64,000 nt of DNA from Podarcis muralis (GCF_964188315.1 NC_135667.1:26536001-26600000); one strand, 5' to 3'; numbered from the stretch's first letter, positions 22,659 through 34,666 are shown. Program-made: numbers and translations. The notes: generated from the letters alone by a model not told the origin.

Positions 22659-23254
22659 TGTCAGAGACTTCTGGGTGGAAGTTGTATTGTTCCCAGGGAA
22701 TTGTGGGTAGAATGAAAAGTTCCACTACTTTGAAGTACGGTGTAGCTTTCTTCAAAAATACATCACCAGTTGTTATGCTGCTGCAGCCTAGTATGAGCCT
22801 GGATCCTTTGGGAATTTTCACTCCTGGGTAGATGAGGAAAAATGGTGGAGACCATTGTCCCAGGCATCGCCTAGAGAGGAGGAAGAGGCAGATAGCATAG
22901 ACCTCCAGGAGTGGTTTGGCACAGGGCATACCTCAGAGGGAGATGAGGGCAAAAGTTGGGAAATAATAGGAGAGGAGGAGGAGGAAGTGGAGAGCATTCA
23001 ACTGGCAGAGCCTGAGCAGCACTTGAATGAGAATAGAGAACAGAGAGCTCAGAGGCAACTGTCACGTACCAGCCACCGTTGGAGGCAGGAGGATGAATAG
23101 CGATGAATAGGGGAATAACGTAGAAGGGGTGGAGTTTCATTCGGGGCAACGTTAGGCATCATGGAGCATCTTCAATTTGCCTCTGTAACTTGTATTAATA
23201 AACAGAACACTGCTTTCCTGGGAATTGGCTGCAGCTGCCAACAGCACCCTGACA
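22659..23254 (+). mobile_element. LTR-like element (possible solo LTR)
   Basis: TGTCAG...CTGACA terminal inverted 6-mers, purine-rich body, AATAAA near the 3' end; no TSD found. Confidence 0.45.
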
Positions 23255-23757
23255 ATGCCCTCTGCATCCAATTCTAAAAAAATTATGGTGAATGGTTCTA
23301 TGGAGCCCAAAGCTGAGTTTTTACATTACAATTCAAAAATGCAAGTTCTTTGTTGTACTCACACAGTTTCTGGTTGGACACTGATTAATTTATAGCTCAG
23401 TTTCCTAGTAACTTTAGGCAAAAGACTGCAGTAATAGTAGGGTCGCCATACACCATTTTTGCCAATTTCCCTTGAGAATAGCTTAAAAACTGCATTCTTT
23501 TGTGATTTTGCCAAAAAAGCAACCCTAAGTAATAGCCAAAGATGAATACAAAATAAATCATCCAACCACAGCAAGTTTCAAAATAGAATCCACTTAATAG
23601 AGACAACCTGATGAAAACACAAGACCACAAAAGTACAGGGAGGGGATTTTGACACCTTCCTCATTTTGTTATGTGCTGTCAAACCATAGGAACAAGATTG
23701 CTGGTAAAATCTGCGGCCATCTGCTGGATGTGAATTTTGAGTCATCCAGAATCACTA

Positions 23758-24002
23758 CAATGGTACCTCGGGTTAAGAACTTAATTCGTTCCGGAGGTCC
23801 GTTCTTAACCTGAAACTGTTCTTAACCTGAAGCACCACTTTAGCTAATGGGGCCTCCCGCTCCTGCTGCGCTGCTGCTGCTGCGCGATTTCTGTTCTCAT
23901 CCTGAAGCAAAGTTCTTAACCCAAGGTAATATTTCTGGGTTAGCGGAGTCTGTAACCTGAAGCATCCGTAACCTGAAGCATATGTAACCCGAGGTACGAC
24001 TG
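23758..24002. mobile_element. pogo/Tigger-like MITE, complete
   Basis: TA-flanked, TIRs as in 17248-17489. Confidence 0.9.
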
Positions 24003-24340
24003 TACTTCATTAAAAAGTTCCATGCATGTCTCACAACATTACATCTTAATGCTATTGAACATTTGCATCTTAGCCACATTACACAGTGCCCTCTGAAGCC
24101 ATTTTAAAAGGAGACACTTAGATATTTCTGTCTCCCACATCTGTGAATGCAAATCCACATTACAACAAACCCTGTGCCTTACACAAGGAACTTCCATGTG
24201 TACAGTAATGTCCCCACTTCAGAAGTAGCAACTAAACATGGGAGCTACCAAAAAAATGCTATGGAGGTGAGGTAAAGGTGTGGGCTTGCAGTACTATTGT
24301 ATCTATGTTGCTTCCTCACAGCAGCAAAGCTTGAAGAAGC

Positions 24341-25303
24341 CTACAATGTGAAGTAATTTGCCCACTTTCTGATAGCTCTCCCCAGGGCCATCTTCACCTC
24401 TTTGTTCCTCAGGCTGTATATATAAGGATTGACCAGAGGTGTCAAAATGGTGTAAAAGACAGAGAAACCTTTATTCAGCTCTCTCAATTCAGTTGTGTCT
24501 GGCAAAAGATACACAATGATGAGGGTGCCATAGAAAATAGTCACCACAATGAGGTGAGAAGAGCAAGTAGAGAAGGCCTTTTGCCTCCCTGCGGTAGATG
24601 GGATTCCAAGAACGGTAGTGATGATGTACACATATGATGTTATTGTTAAAACAAATGGTGGCAAGGTGCAGAGTGAGGACAGGACTGTTGATAAAAGCTC
24701 TACTTGGTGTGCATCACTGCAGGTCAGTTTCGTCATGGGGATGAAATCACAAAAGAAATGCTCAATGACATTGTGGCCACAGAAGGTTAACTGTGCCATA
24801 AAAATTAACAAGATTGAATTTATCACAAAACCTCCAAACCAAGACCCAGCTACCAGCTGGAGGCAAAGCTTGAAATTCATCAGGACTGAGTAATGCAGGG
24901 GTTGACATATGGCCACATAGCGATCATAAGACATTGCTGCCAGGAGATAGCACTCTGTTGCAGCCAAAAACCCAAAAGCCCAAAATTGCACAATGCAGCC
25001 CCAGACAGAAACACTTTGGTTCTCAGTTATGAAACTGGCCAGCAATCTGGGGAGGATGGTTGAGCTGTAGCAGGTCTCCAAGCAAGACAAATTGCCCAGG
25101 AAAAAGTACATTGGTGTGTGGAGGTGCTGATCTGTCACAACTAGTGTAAGTATGATCAGGTTCCCAGCCATGGTCATGATGTAGACTGTTAGAAACACAA
25201 CAAAGAGAAGAATCTGGAGGTCCCGGACTTCTCCAAATCCAAGTAGAATGAATTCTGTGATGATGGTTTGATTTACCCATTCTAGTCTTTGCATAGTTTT
25301 CAT
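24341..25303 (-). CDS. Olfactory receptor (class II, OR6/OR11-like), intact, 320 aa
   Basis: LHTPMYFFL, MSYDRYVAIC, KAFSTCSSHL, PLVNPYIYSLRN; acceptor AG immediately precedes the ATG; candidate upstream donor at 26667. Confidence 0.93.
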   Translation of the reverse strand: MKTMQRLEWVNQTIITEFILLGFGEVRDLQILLFVVFLTVYIMTMAGNLIILTLVVTDQHLHTPMYFFLGNLSCLETCYSSTILPRLLASFITENQSVSVWGCIVQFWAFGFLAATECYLLAAMSYDRYVAICQPLHYSVLMNFKLCLQLVAGSWFGGFVINSILLIFMAQLTFCGHNVIEHFFCDFIPMTKLTCSDAHQVELLSTVLSSLCTLPPFVLTITSYVYIITTVLGIPSTAGRQKAFSTCSSHLIVVTIFYGTLIIVYLLPDTTELRELNKGFSVFYTILTPLVNPYIYSLRNKEVKMALGRAIRKWANYFTL

Positions 25304-25885
25304 CTAGTGGAATGGGAAGATAACAATTAATGCAATTACTATTAGTTTTTTTAAACACAGTTTCAGTAACATCCAACTAAGCTTTAAGCTCTTCAGTTGT
25401 GTGTAGGCTATATCAGTTGGTTCCATTCTATGAACAGAAGTCTTTCCATTCATGGAAAAGTCCTTGATCTAGTGAAAGCCTCTCAAGGATGGGTCATGAT
25501 TTTCACTGATTTCCTTATCTCCCTGTTGACCCTTTGGTTTCCATGCTGCTTCAGAGGGTGCACCAATTCTTGGGATCAGGTTTTCAGAGGAGAATGGGCA
25601 AGAATCACAATAGATAATTGATTTAAGTAGCTTTAAACACATTTAATTTCAGCAGTTTGTGCTCACTGGACACGATCTGTTCAAATTTTATATAAATTGT
25701 TTATTTAGAATATATGGGGTTAATAAAATATTCTAGTTTGGTGTCTAAAAAGAAAAGAAGGAGAAGAAAAAACCTTGCATCTTCTGAATTGCATTGTCAT
25801 CCAACCAAGGGAATGGATTTTTTTTTTAGATTTTCAAATGTTATGCTAAAGAATCAAGTAGGTAGCCGTGTTGGTCTAATGCAGT

Positions 25886-25938
<53 letters not shown>

Positions 25939-25944
25939 AAAAAG

Positions 25945-26198
25945 TCCAGTAGCACCTTAGAGACCAACTAAGTTTGTTCTTGGTATAAGCTGTCGTTCTG
26001 AAGAAAGCTTATACCAGCCTTTCTTAACCTGTGGGTCCCCAGATGTTGTTGGACTACAACTCCCATCACCCCTAGCTAGCAAGGCCAGAGCTCAAGGATA
26101 ATGGGAGTTGTAGTCCAACAACATTTGGGGACCCACAGGTTGAGAACCACTGGCTTATACCAAGAACAAACTTAGTTGGTCTCTAAGGTGCTACTGGA
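25945..26198. repeat. Perfect 46-bp inverted repeat (Penelope-like terminal sequence) flanked by (TA)n
   Basis: 25945-25990 is the exact reverse complement of 26153-26198; Penelope assignment is from recall of squamate repeats. Confidence 0.7.
26015..26152. mobile_element. hAT MITE (138 bp, palindromic)
   Basis: CAG...CTG ends, 8-bp TSD GCTTATAC at 26007-26014 and 26153-26160. Confidence 0.85.
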
Positions 26199-27602
26199 TA
26201 TATATATATATATGCGCTAAAGAATGTGCAGTATATTTTCCTAACAAAGCATCAATATATAGTTGCTCAATGGATACATGCAGGGTCTCTGCCCTTTTCT
26301 ATCTCCTGCAAGTTGCAAAGAGATCTATGAACAACAACAAAGACAGTAATTCTATTTGTCTGGGAGTGAGCCCCATTGAATCCAACAGGATTTCTTCTGA
26401 GTAGGCATGATTAGGATTATGCTGTAAGGCACATTGTTCTCCTTAACAAAATAAAAATAAAATAATTGACAGCTTTCTGACATGCTTTCTAGACCTGTCA
26501 AAACAAATAATAAACCAGGGAGGCAATCTGAAAGTAATTGATGAATACAAAATAAAATTTAAAATATCAATAAATACAAAATAAAATTGCTAAGATTAAA
26601 AAGATTTTCAGAAAATGATAGCAGTCTCCTCTGCCATTGCTGAAGTGCATGGGAAAGTATTGCTCACCTGAATTCCAATTTGCTAGAAATCTTTGAAGGT
26701 TAACTTCTGGCCTTCAAAACCAGTTGCTTTAAATATTGAGATGAAGCTACTTCAGTCATGCTCATTGATCAGCTACAATGAGAAAGGTTCACTTGCGCCT
26801 GAATGTTCAAAGTTCTTTATTTGAGTTACAATTGCTTAAGAAGAGTGGGAAAGCAGCAAATACTCATATCCTAATTAGACTCTTGGGAAATCTTTGAGTT
26901 TAGTTTCCAAATCAGTTTTGTGCATCTCTTTGAAGAACATCTACCTCAGATGAATACATTCAAAATGGGAAGGCTTCCTATCCTTTCCTCCCCTCCCTGA
27001 ATTAAGCCTTTTGAATAAAGATTTTATTAGACATTACAGATTAGAATTTGCCTAATTCAAAACCTTTAGTAAATTTGAAGTGTTTCCTCTTCAGACTAAC
27101 TACCTAAGAGATTTCAAAGGAAGCCCTAACAGTGTTGTTAACGATCACAAAATTTGTAACCTTATGCAATGTATATATTTTATAAATATATGAAACCCTT
27201 TCTTTCAGCAGCAAGTACAAAACAGAACAAATAAAATTGCAGGCCCAGGCAGCGCACTTCCTCCCCTCCTCCACTCAGGTGAGCCACCAATAAAGGAGAC
27301 CACCCAGCTGAATGGGATCAAATCAGGCCACAAATTTATTGACTACAGATGAAGTGGTTTGGCATAGGCATTGGGTAAGCAATTATTTCCAGGCTGCCTT
27401 CCAGAAATGACATCAGGGTCAACCCAACAGCAAGAATTCCCACAGGGGTCACAGCTTCTAGAAGTGCTGAGGGCCAAGCCCCCCATCTGGGCAAGTGGAC
27501 AGAAGCAACTCCATCACAGATCCCTTTAAAGTGATATCCTACTTCTGGAAAGAAAGGTGAGGGTACAACCCCCCCCCCCCACATACACAAATGCTAATGT
27601 TA

Positions 27603-27955
27603 GTAAAGGTAAAGGGACCCCTGACCATTAGGTCCAGTCGTGACCGACTCTGGGGTTGCTGCACTCATCTCATTTTATTGGCTGAGGGAGCCAGCATACA
27701 GCTTCTGGGTCATGTGGCCAACATGACTAAGCCACTTCTGGCGAACCAGAGCAGTGCACGGAAACGCCGTTTACCTTCGCGCCAGAGCGGTACCTATTTA
27801 TCTACTTGCACTTTGACGTGCTTTCGAACTGCTAGGTTGGCAGGAGCAGGGACCGAGCAACAGGAGCTCACCCCGTCGCGGGGATTCGAACCGTCGACCT
27901 TCTGATCGGCAAGTCCTAGGCTCTGTGGTTCAACCCACAGCGCCACCTGTGTCCC
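27603..27955 (-). mobile_element. Sauria SINE
   Basis: tRNA-related head (GGGACACAGGTGGCGCTGTGGGTT, GGTTCGAATCCC B-box), ACCTTT tail; GCTAATGTTA repeated at both flanks. Confidence 0.9.
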
Positions 27956-28370
27956 TGTAAAGGCTAATGTTACCCAATGCTTAAACCACCCAAGTTGTGA
28001 TGATTGCTACCGGGTAGACAAAACCTCCAGGTCATAGCCAATTTGCCTGATAGGCAAATTCCTACCCAGCCCCACAAATATGACAACCAACACAGCAATA
28101 GCAAGGTCAATTCAATGAGTAAATGCAAAAATTACTGGAGTGGGTGGGTGGGTGGGTTGATCTGACGAAGAAGTGCTGGGCATCGGGGGCTGGCATGGGC
28201 TGTTTCAAATCCTCTGGGAGCAGACCTGAAAGAAGCCTGATGGTTCCCTCAAGCCCCAGCCCTCCGGGCCAGCCTGCCATTGGTCAATTCAGCAGGCTGA
28301 TGCAGAGCAGGATTTCAGAATTGAGTCAGTTTACAAAAACTTCAAGCCATCACAATCAAGTGACATAAGT

Positions 28371-28992
28371 CAGTGGTTTTCAACCTTTTTGAGTCCATGG
28401 CTCCCTTGACCAACTACATTCTTTCTGCAACACCCCTCTGGGGCTCAGAAGCCCATGGCACCCCTTGCCTGCAGAGGTGGCAGCCTCTCGCCCTTTCTTA
28501 AACACCCTCCATTGTGCAGTGTTCCCTCATTCTCCTCTCCTCTACCCTCTCCTTGGGAGTCCTCTTGGCAGCCACTGCTGCCACCCCTGGTCTCTGAGCT
28601 GCCCCCCTGCCCTAAAGAGAGGTGCCTCCCCCCGCCCCAAAGAGAGGTGCCTCCTCACACTGTCCCACAGGGGTTTGTCCATTCCCAACAGCAAGGGCTG
28701 GCAGACTGGCTGGCTGGGCTCCCTCGCCCTCTTGCTTGCTTATTCTGGGGCCACATCAGCTCCTGGCAACCAGCACCCCCTGGCCAGCTCCAGAGGCACA
28801 ATTTGCCCACAGAGCTTGTCGTCAGGATTGCTGCAACAAACAGCTGTGCAAGCCTTTTGGAGGCAGAGATGCGAGAGGACATCAGAGGAGGGAGGAAAGG
28901 AAAGAGGGACAGAGGCCAGTGTTGCCTATGGCACCCCTGACTATAATTCAAGGCACCCCAAGATGCCATGGCACACTGGCTGAAAACCACTG
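28371..28992. mobile_element. hAT-type non-autonomous DNA transposon
   Basis: TIRs CAGTGGTTTTCA / TGAAAACCACTG; imperfect TSD acataagt / actaagt. Confidence 0.75.
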
Positions 28993-29320
28993 ACTAAGTG
29001 AATATGTGAATATTCACTCAACAGCCATTCATGTGGTTTCTGAAATGAAGCTGCATGCTTCAGACTTCTATAACCATATATCACATGGAACTCAAACAGT
29101 AAAATAGGTTCCCTCTCCCATGTGTACACGTACCACCCCCACCCCTACAGAATCTTCTCTTCTCAGCTTGAGTTGCCTCTTGGGATTGAAGCTTGGGAGT
29201 GAAGAGCTATAAGAGGCAAATATTGATAAAGTTCTTTGCCACATTGTCTTTCAACATCTGCCAATTAATATATGACCAACAGAACACACATAATCACTTC
29301 TAAATATTTATTTCAATGCT

Positions 29321-29340
29321 TGATTAGACCCATGGGAGTG
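29321..29340 (+). promoter_or_regulatory. Candidate homeodomain + O/E (EBF) composite site upstream of OR14-like gene
   Basis: TGATTAGACCCATGGGAGTG; 18/20 identical to 36781-36800 and 57253-57272 upstream of the paralogues. Confidence 0.55.
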
Positions 29341-30067
29341 AATGAACCAAATATAAACTTCATTGCCATGTCTCTTTCATTTCTGTCAATGCAAAGAGCA
29401 ATTAGACAGATCATCTTTGAAACAGATAGAGTGAGAAAAACATGATAAATGGAGGAAATAGCAGCTCACATTTGGTGGATGGCTACACCAATGAACTGCA
29501 TGATCAGCGATGGAGAGAGAGAAATAAAATAAGATTAGGTAACCCAGAATCTACCCATGCACAGCTAGGTAAGTTCATGTGGTATTTTCAGTTATCTTAT
29601 TTGTTACCAATTTGATTGATTGTATCAGAAGTTTGTTATACTTTGGATACTCTGAAGAAATATCTTCAGGGGTTAGGTGTGCATAAAGCCACCATCTAAA
29701 CTGGGGCTTTGATAAAGAAAATATTTCTACCAGTGCACACTCATTTCTTAAAAAACATTGAAGAAAACATGACAGTGGCAGCAATTCAGCAATTCTTCTT
29801 TGTCCATGTCAGAACTACAAGGAATAGACTGATCAGGCTCACAGGGCTTAGTTGGATTATGATGGGATCTGATGAGATGGGATCTGATGTTGTTGCTTCT
29901 GGAATTAAAAAGTGGCAGTGGTGCCATCAGCGTAGGACTTTGAGACAAAACTTCAGGCTTCCATGCAGAAGAATGAACAAAAGGGCCTTCAAACCAAGTG
30001 GTGCTGAATGCATCACTTTTGGGTGATATATTATACATTTACCATCTAAAGAGCTGCACCTCATAAG

Positions 30068-30148
30068 AACAATAATAATAATAAATAATAAATTTTATTT
30101 ATATCCCGCCCTCCCCAGCCGAAGCTGGGCTCAGGGCGGCTAACAACA
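30068..30148 (-). mobile_element. LINE 3' tail fragment (L2-like) ending in (TAT)n
   Basis: Reverse complement of the GCCGCCCTGAGCCC...GGGCGGGATATAAATAAA tail also seen at about 48108 and 62238. Confidence 0.6.
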
Positions 30149-30824
30149 AACAAAATAGTCCAACATTCTAAAAACATTCATTATAAAATTAATTAGAACA
30201 TTGAATAAAATATTAAATTACCTAGCTGCAAGGAAAGTGATACATGAATTACAGTTGTGTTCAACTCTGTTTTTCATTCTGAGAATGAATTGTTTCAGAA
30301 CAGTGCTCTACAGTCAGATGTGACAACCAAATCATAGCTCTGTCAACGCAGAGTAGTGCTATAGTGAGAAATGTTAGCAGCCTTTTCAAAACTTGTGTAG
30401 CATATCTTAAAATTCCACAAATAATTTGTTTGGGAGGGAAAACATAATTTCATTCTGAATTCTGCTAGAGGAGAGTTTTCCATAGGCATGTATCAACTAC
30501 CAACTTGTATAAGAAAGCACTGCCTCTGTTGGGAATAGCGCAGAAAGAACAGCCACTTAGGATCTAGTTCACTCTGCAATGCTCACACCCACCTGGCTAA
30601 TTTCTGGGCAAGAATTGCAAAATAGGTATCCCCAGGTCTAATGATAGTTTCTTGACCATGCAGGGGACTTCCTTCTTCTCTAAGGCACTAAATTCTCAGC
30701 AAGAACCTAATATCCTAATTCAATCCACTTGAGCATTTGGGCATGTTTCCATCAGCACGTTTTCCATCTTCTCTTTTTCTAAAATGGATATGTCTTCTTT
30801 TCACAGCCACTGAAGAAGCAGACA

Positions 30825-31772
30825 ATGCATAACCAATCATCAAGAGTGACTGAATTTGTTCTGCATGCATTCTCTGATGATCAGAAGTTGCAGACATTTC
30901 ATTTCACTACTTTCCTAGCCATTTATTTGATGGCCGCCATTGAAAACCTTTTTATCATCACAGTCACCATTTCCAGTCATCACCTTCACAAACCCATGTA
31001 CTTCTTTCTCTCCAATCTGGCATTACAAGACCTTGGTTCCATATCTGTCACAGTTCCCAAATCCATGGCAAATTCCCTGATGAAGACCAAAACCATTTCT
31101 TACAATGGATGCATCTGTCAAGTTTTCTTCCTTGTCTTTTTCACTGCATCTCACATCTTCCTCCTTGGCATCATGGCGTATGATCGCTATGTTGCCATCT
31201 GTAATCCACTGCAATACGAGACTGTGATGAATGGGACAGCATGCATCCAAATGGCAATCAGTGTATGGAGCATCGGGCTTCTTTATTCCACAATATACAC
31301 TGGAAGTACATTCACAATAGAGTTCTGTACCAATGATATCAATCAATTCTTCTGTGAAATTCCACAGCTATTCAAAATTGCTTGCTCTGACTCATATATC
31401 ATTGCATTTTTGGCTGTCTGGATTGGAACTTTTGTGGCTTTTATTTACCTTACATTAATAGTTTTTTCTTATGTTCAGATTTTCAGGGTGGTTTTAAAAA
31501 TTCCTTCTGCTGAGGGGAAGAAAAAAGCCTTCTCAACTTGCTTGCCACACCTTGTTGTAATATCCTTATATTTTATAAGTGGTTCTTTTGCCTATCTAAA
31601 GCCAACATCGAGGTCCCTATCTACCATGGATCTTGTAGCTTCATTGTTCTATTGTGTGTTGCCACCTCTTATGAACCCATTAATCTATTGCTTTAGGAAT
31701 AAGGAACTAAAAATGGCATTCCGGAAGTTGACTGCCAATCTTTCCACTCAGTTCTTACCCAGTTGTCATTGA
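30825..31772 (+). CDS. Olfactory receptor (OR14-like), intact, 315 aa
   Basis: LHKPMYFFL, MAYDRYVAIC, FFCEIPQL, KAFSTCLPHL, PPLMNPLIY; acceptor at 30806; N-terminal NQS sequon. Confidence 0.93.
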   Translation: MHNQSSRVTEFVLHAFSDDQKLQTFHFTTFLAIYLMAAIENLFIITVTISSHHLHKPMYFFLSNLALQDLGSISVTVPKSMANSLMKTKTISYNGCICQVFFLVFFTASHIFLLGIMAYDRYVAICNPLQYETVMNGTACIQMAISVWSIGLLYSTIYTGSTFTIEFCTNDINQFFCEIPQLFKIACSDSYIIAFLAVWIGTFVAFIYLTLIVFSYVQIFRVVLKIPSAEGKKKAFSTCLPHLVVISLYFISGSFAYLKPTSRSLSTMDLVASLFYCVLPPLMNPLIYCFRNKELKMAFRKLTANLSTQFLPSCH

Positions 31773-31831
31773 CTAGTGGACAGGTCTTAGTATCTGCAAA
31801 GTTCCCTCAATTTTATTGAAATGTTTCTAAA

Positions 31832-31832
<1 letters not shown>

Positions 31833-31885
<53 letters not shown>
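31833..31885. repeat. (TTG)n microsatellite
   Basis: Direct reading. Confidence 0.95.
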
Positions 31886-32238
31886 ATAAAGCTGGACACC
31901 ATTTCTCCTCTACATATAAAAAGATTTTGGAACTTGTCACTTGTCTGAAATCTTGCAAGTAAATCTTCAGTCTTCTTTCTTAGAAATTGTTTCACTTGAT
32001 TACATTTGTGGAGGTGAAAGAACTATATAGGGATTCAGTCCAAATCACTTCAGCCAATGGAAAGAAGAATAAATGTGACGACGTCCCAAACAAATGTGGA
32101 GAGAGGAACATGTCATAAATGGAGAAAATGACAAATCCCATTGGATCGCTAGAAACCAACAGAACAATCAGAGATGTAAAAGGAACAAATATAATGAATT
32201 AATCTACAAACCATGGCCCTTACTAACCCTTCTTTAAT

Positions 32239-32740
32239 TGTTGTTATTGTTTAGTCGTTTAGTCATGTCTGACTCTTTGTGACCCCATGGACCAGAGCAT
32301 GCCAGGCACTCCTGTCTTCCACTGCCTCCCGCAGTTTGGTCAGACTCATGCTGCTAGCTTTGAGAACACTGTCCAACCACCTCGTCCTCTGTCGTCCCCT
32401 TCTCCTTGTGCCCTCCATCTTTCCCAACATCAGGGTCTTTTCCAGGGAGTCTTCTCTTCTCATGAGGTGGCCAAAGTATTGGAGCCTCAGCTTCACGATC
32501 TGTCTTTCGGGCTGATTTCCTTAAGAATGGATAGGTTTGGTCTTTTTGCAGTCCATGGGACTCTCAAGAGTCTCCTCCCGCACCATAATTCAAAAGCATC
32601 ATTTTTTCGGTGATCAGCCTTCTTTATGGTCCAGCTCTCACTTCCATACATCACTATTGGGAACACCATAGCTTTAACTATGCGGACCTTTGTCGGCAAG
32701 GTGATGTCTCTGCTTTTTAAGATGCTGTCTAGGTTTGTCC
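32239..32740 (-). mobile_element. BovB 3' fragment
   Basis: Homologous to 1-490; 11-bp TSD CCTTCTTTAAT at 32228-32238 and 32742-32752. Confidence 0.9.
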
Positions 32741-32954
32741 TCCTTCTTTAATAGTTGTTCTTATGTCCAGATCTTAAGGATAGTTCAAAGAATTCCTTCT
32801 GCACATAGGTGAGCACAATCAGTGTGTGGACTGCAGAGCTCTATTCCCCAGCACACATGGGAAATTGTCTGAAAAAAGTTCTGTGTCAATAATAGTCTAT
32901 GGAATTCCACAGTTATTATTATGTGTTGTCTGAATTGTTGGGTCTGTGGAATGT

Positions 32955-33250
32955 TCTTGTTCTAATCATTTTTCCTTCTGTTTAGATTTTACAGGTCATT
33001 TTATGAATCCATTCTGCCCAGAGAAAGCAAAACGCCATTGAAAATTGCTTGCCACACCTTATTGTAATATACTTATATTTCATAAGTGGTTCATTTGCCT
33101 AGCCCACATCTGGGTCTTTATAAAAAATGGCTCTCATGATTTCTGTGTCCTATTGCATGTTTCCACCAGTAATGAACCTATTGATCATTAAGAAAAAGGA
33201 ACTGAAAATGGCATTCTGGAATTTGATGGCTAGTCTTTCCCCCAAATTCT
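32955..33250 (+). pseudogene. OR14-like pseudogene, 3' fragment (TM5-TM7)
   Basis: Decayed homology to the 3' part of 30825-31772 (TGCTTGCCACACCTT = CLPHL; CCACCAGTAATGAACC = PPVMN) with stops and deletions; 5' CDS absent. Confidence 0.8.
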
Positions 33251-34532
33251 TAGCCAGCTATTACTCAGCAAGCCTCCTTATTTGATCCCATTTTGGCAAA
33301 GGCACACGCACCTAATCTATATCTAACCTCAGATATGACTTGAGGGGTAGAAATCTTGCTCAGCCACAAGGGGGTCTTCAAGGGTGCCTGCAAAGCATTA
33401 TGAAAGGTAATGCTGCCAGATAATCAAGAGCCCATTGCAAGTTGTTGTGCAAGATACCATGTTGAAAAGGGAGTCTGCAAGACCCTTGCAGGCAAAAAAG
33501 GGTCACCGGATGCCATTGAGATTGGACAGATGAGAAGATGTTTGACAGATGGGAAGCTCTGTCCACCTTCCACCTTTAAGACTTGGAGCATGATGGGAGA
33601 GGGAGATAGCATGTCTGGCCCACCATCCAGATCCCCTTTCCTGGATTGTAGGGGCGGGGGACTTGACATTTACCTAATATTTTATTTAAACTATTATAGA
33701 ATAAATACTTTTTAAATAAAACCAAACATTTCTGGGTTTTGCCCACTTAAGTTTTAAAAATGTGTCTGAAACTGGACATTATTTTTAGTCCTTGTTTCTT
33801 CTGACAAAGATGCAAACAGTTAGAAAACACACTTCCTAATTAGAAACTATTCCATGTTCTTCTAATGAATCCCTTTGGGGAATGTTTGTATCCACAATAA
33901 TTTTGCTTAGCTCCTTGAGGGATGTGTGTCCCTCATGAAATTAATTAATAAGGAATAGCACTTTGCTTTGAAAATTAAGGTTTAAGATGTATCTTTCTGT
34001 GTTGATGACTTAGCTGTGGCTTTTTGGTTTCTGTTGGTTCTCTGACTGTTGCTATCTGCTGCCACCTGCTTGTTATTGTTACATGTTTAGTTATTACTAG
34101 GGACTTTGTTCTTGCACTCAGATTTTAAAGTGCTCTGCTTTAGCAGTCCATAGCTCTTCAGAACCCAGCTGTTAGCATTCTAGGTGAAACTAACATAAAT
34201 TATGAAGCAAAGTGAATCCCTTTTAGTTTCTGCACAAAAAGCTTTTGGACCAAAGTGTTGGCAATCTGGTGGCCTTAATCCACTCTGAACAGGCTGCTGT
34301 GTTTGTAAAATTCATCCAGGGAAAAGGCTATATGCATTTTTCGATTTCCCATTATATTGAATGGAGAACACACAGATTCATTTTAAACAGAGTGGCTTGG
34401 AACTCAATACACAGATCAATGTGGAGAGAGTTCAGGGTAACTCAGAAACAGTTTGAAAACAAAACAAAACAAAAAACAAAACACACAGTGAAATGGCAAA
34501 TATTGTGGCCTGTGTACATCCCATATGTAGCT

Positions 34533-34666
34533 CATAGAATCATAGAGTTGGAAGGGACCCAGAGGATCATCTAGTCCAACCCCTGCCATGGAGGAATATT
34601 CAGCTGTTCCATACAGGGATCGAACCTGAAACCTTGGCATTATCAGCACCACACTCCAGCCAACTG
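34533..34666 (-). mobile_element. tRNA-derived SINE with CR1-type tail (Squam-like)
   Basis: CATAGAATCATAGAGTTGGAAGGGACC tail plus A/B-box-like head on minus strand; related copy at 47183-47319. Confidence 0.7.

Noticed and set aside
22855-23100. Glu-rich 81-aa ORF (and similar at 62983-63186)
   Set aside because: By-product of a purine-rich LTR-like repeat; no splice or homology support.
27880-27955. tRNA-like sequences (also about 54590-54660, 47183-47250, 63238-63310)
   Set aside because: SINE heads continuous with SINE bodies; no complete cloverleaf, so not tRNA genes.
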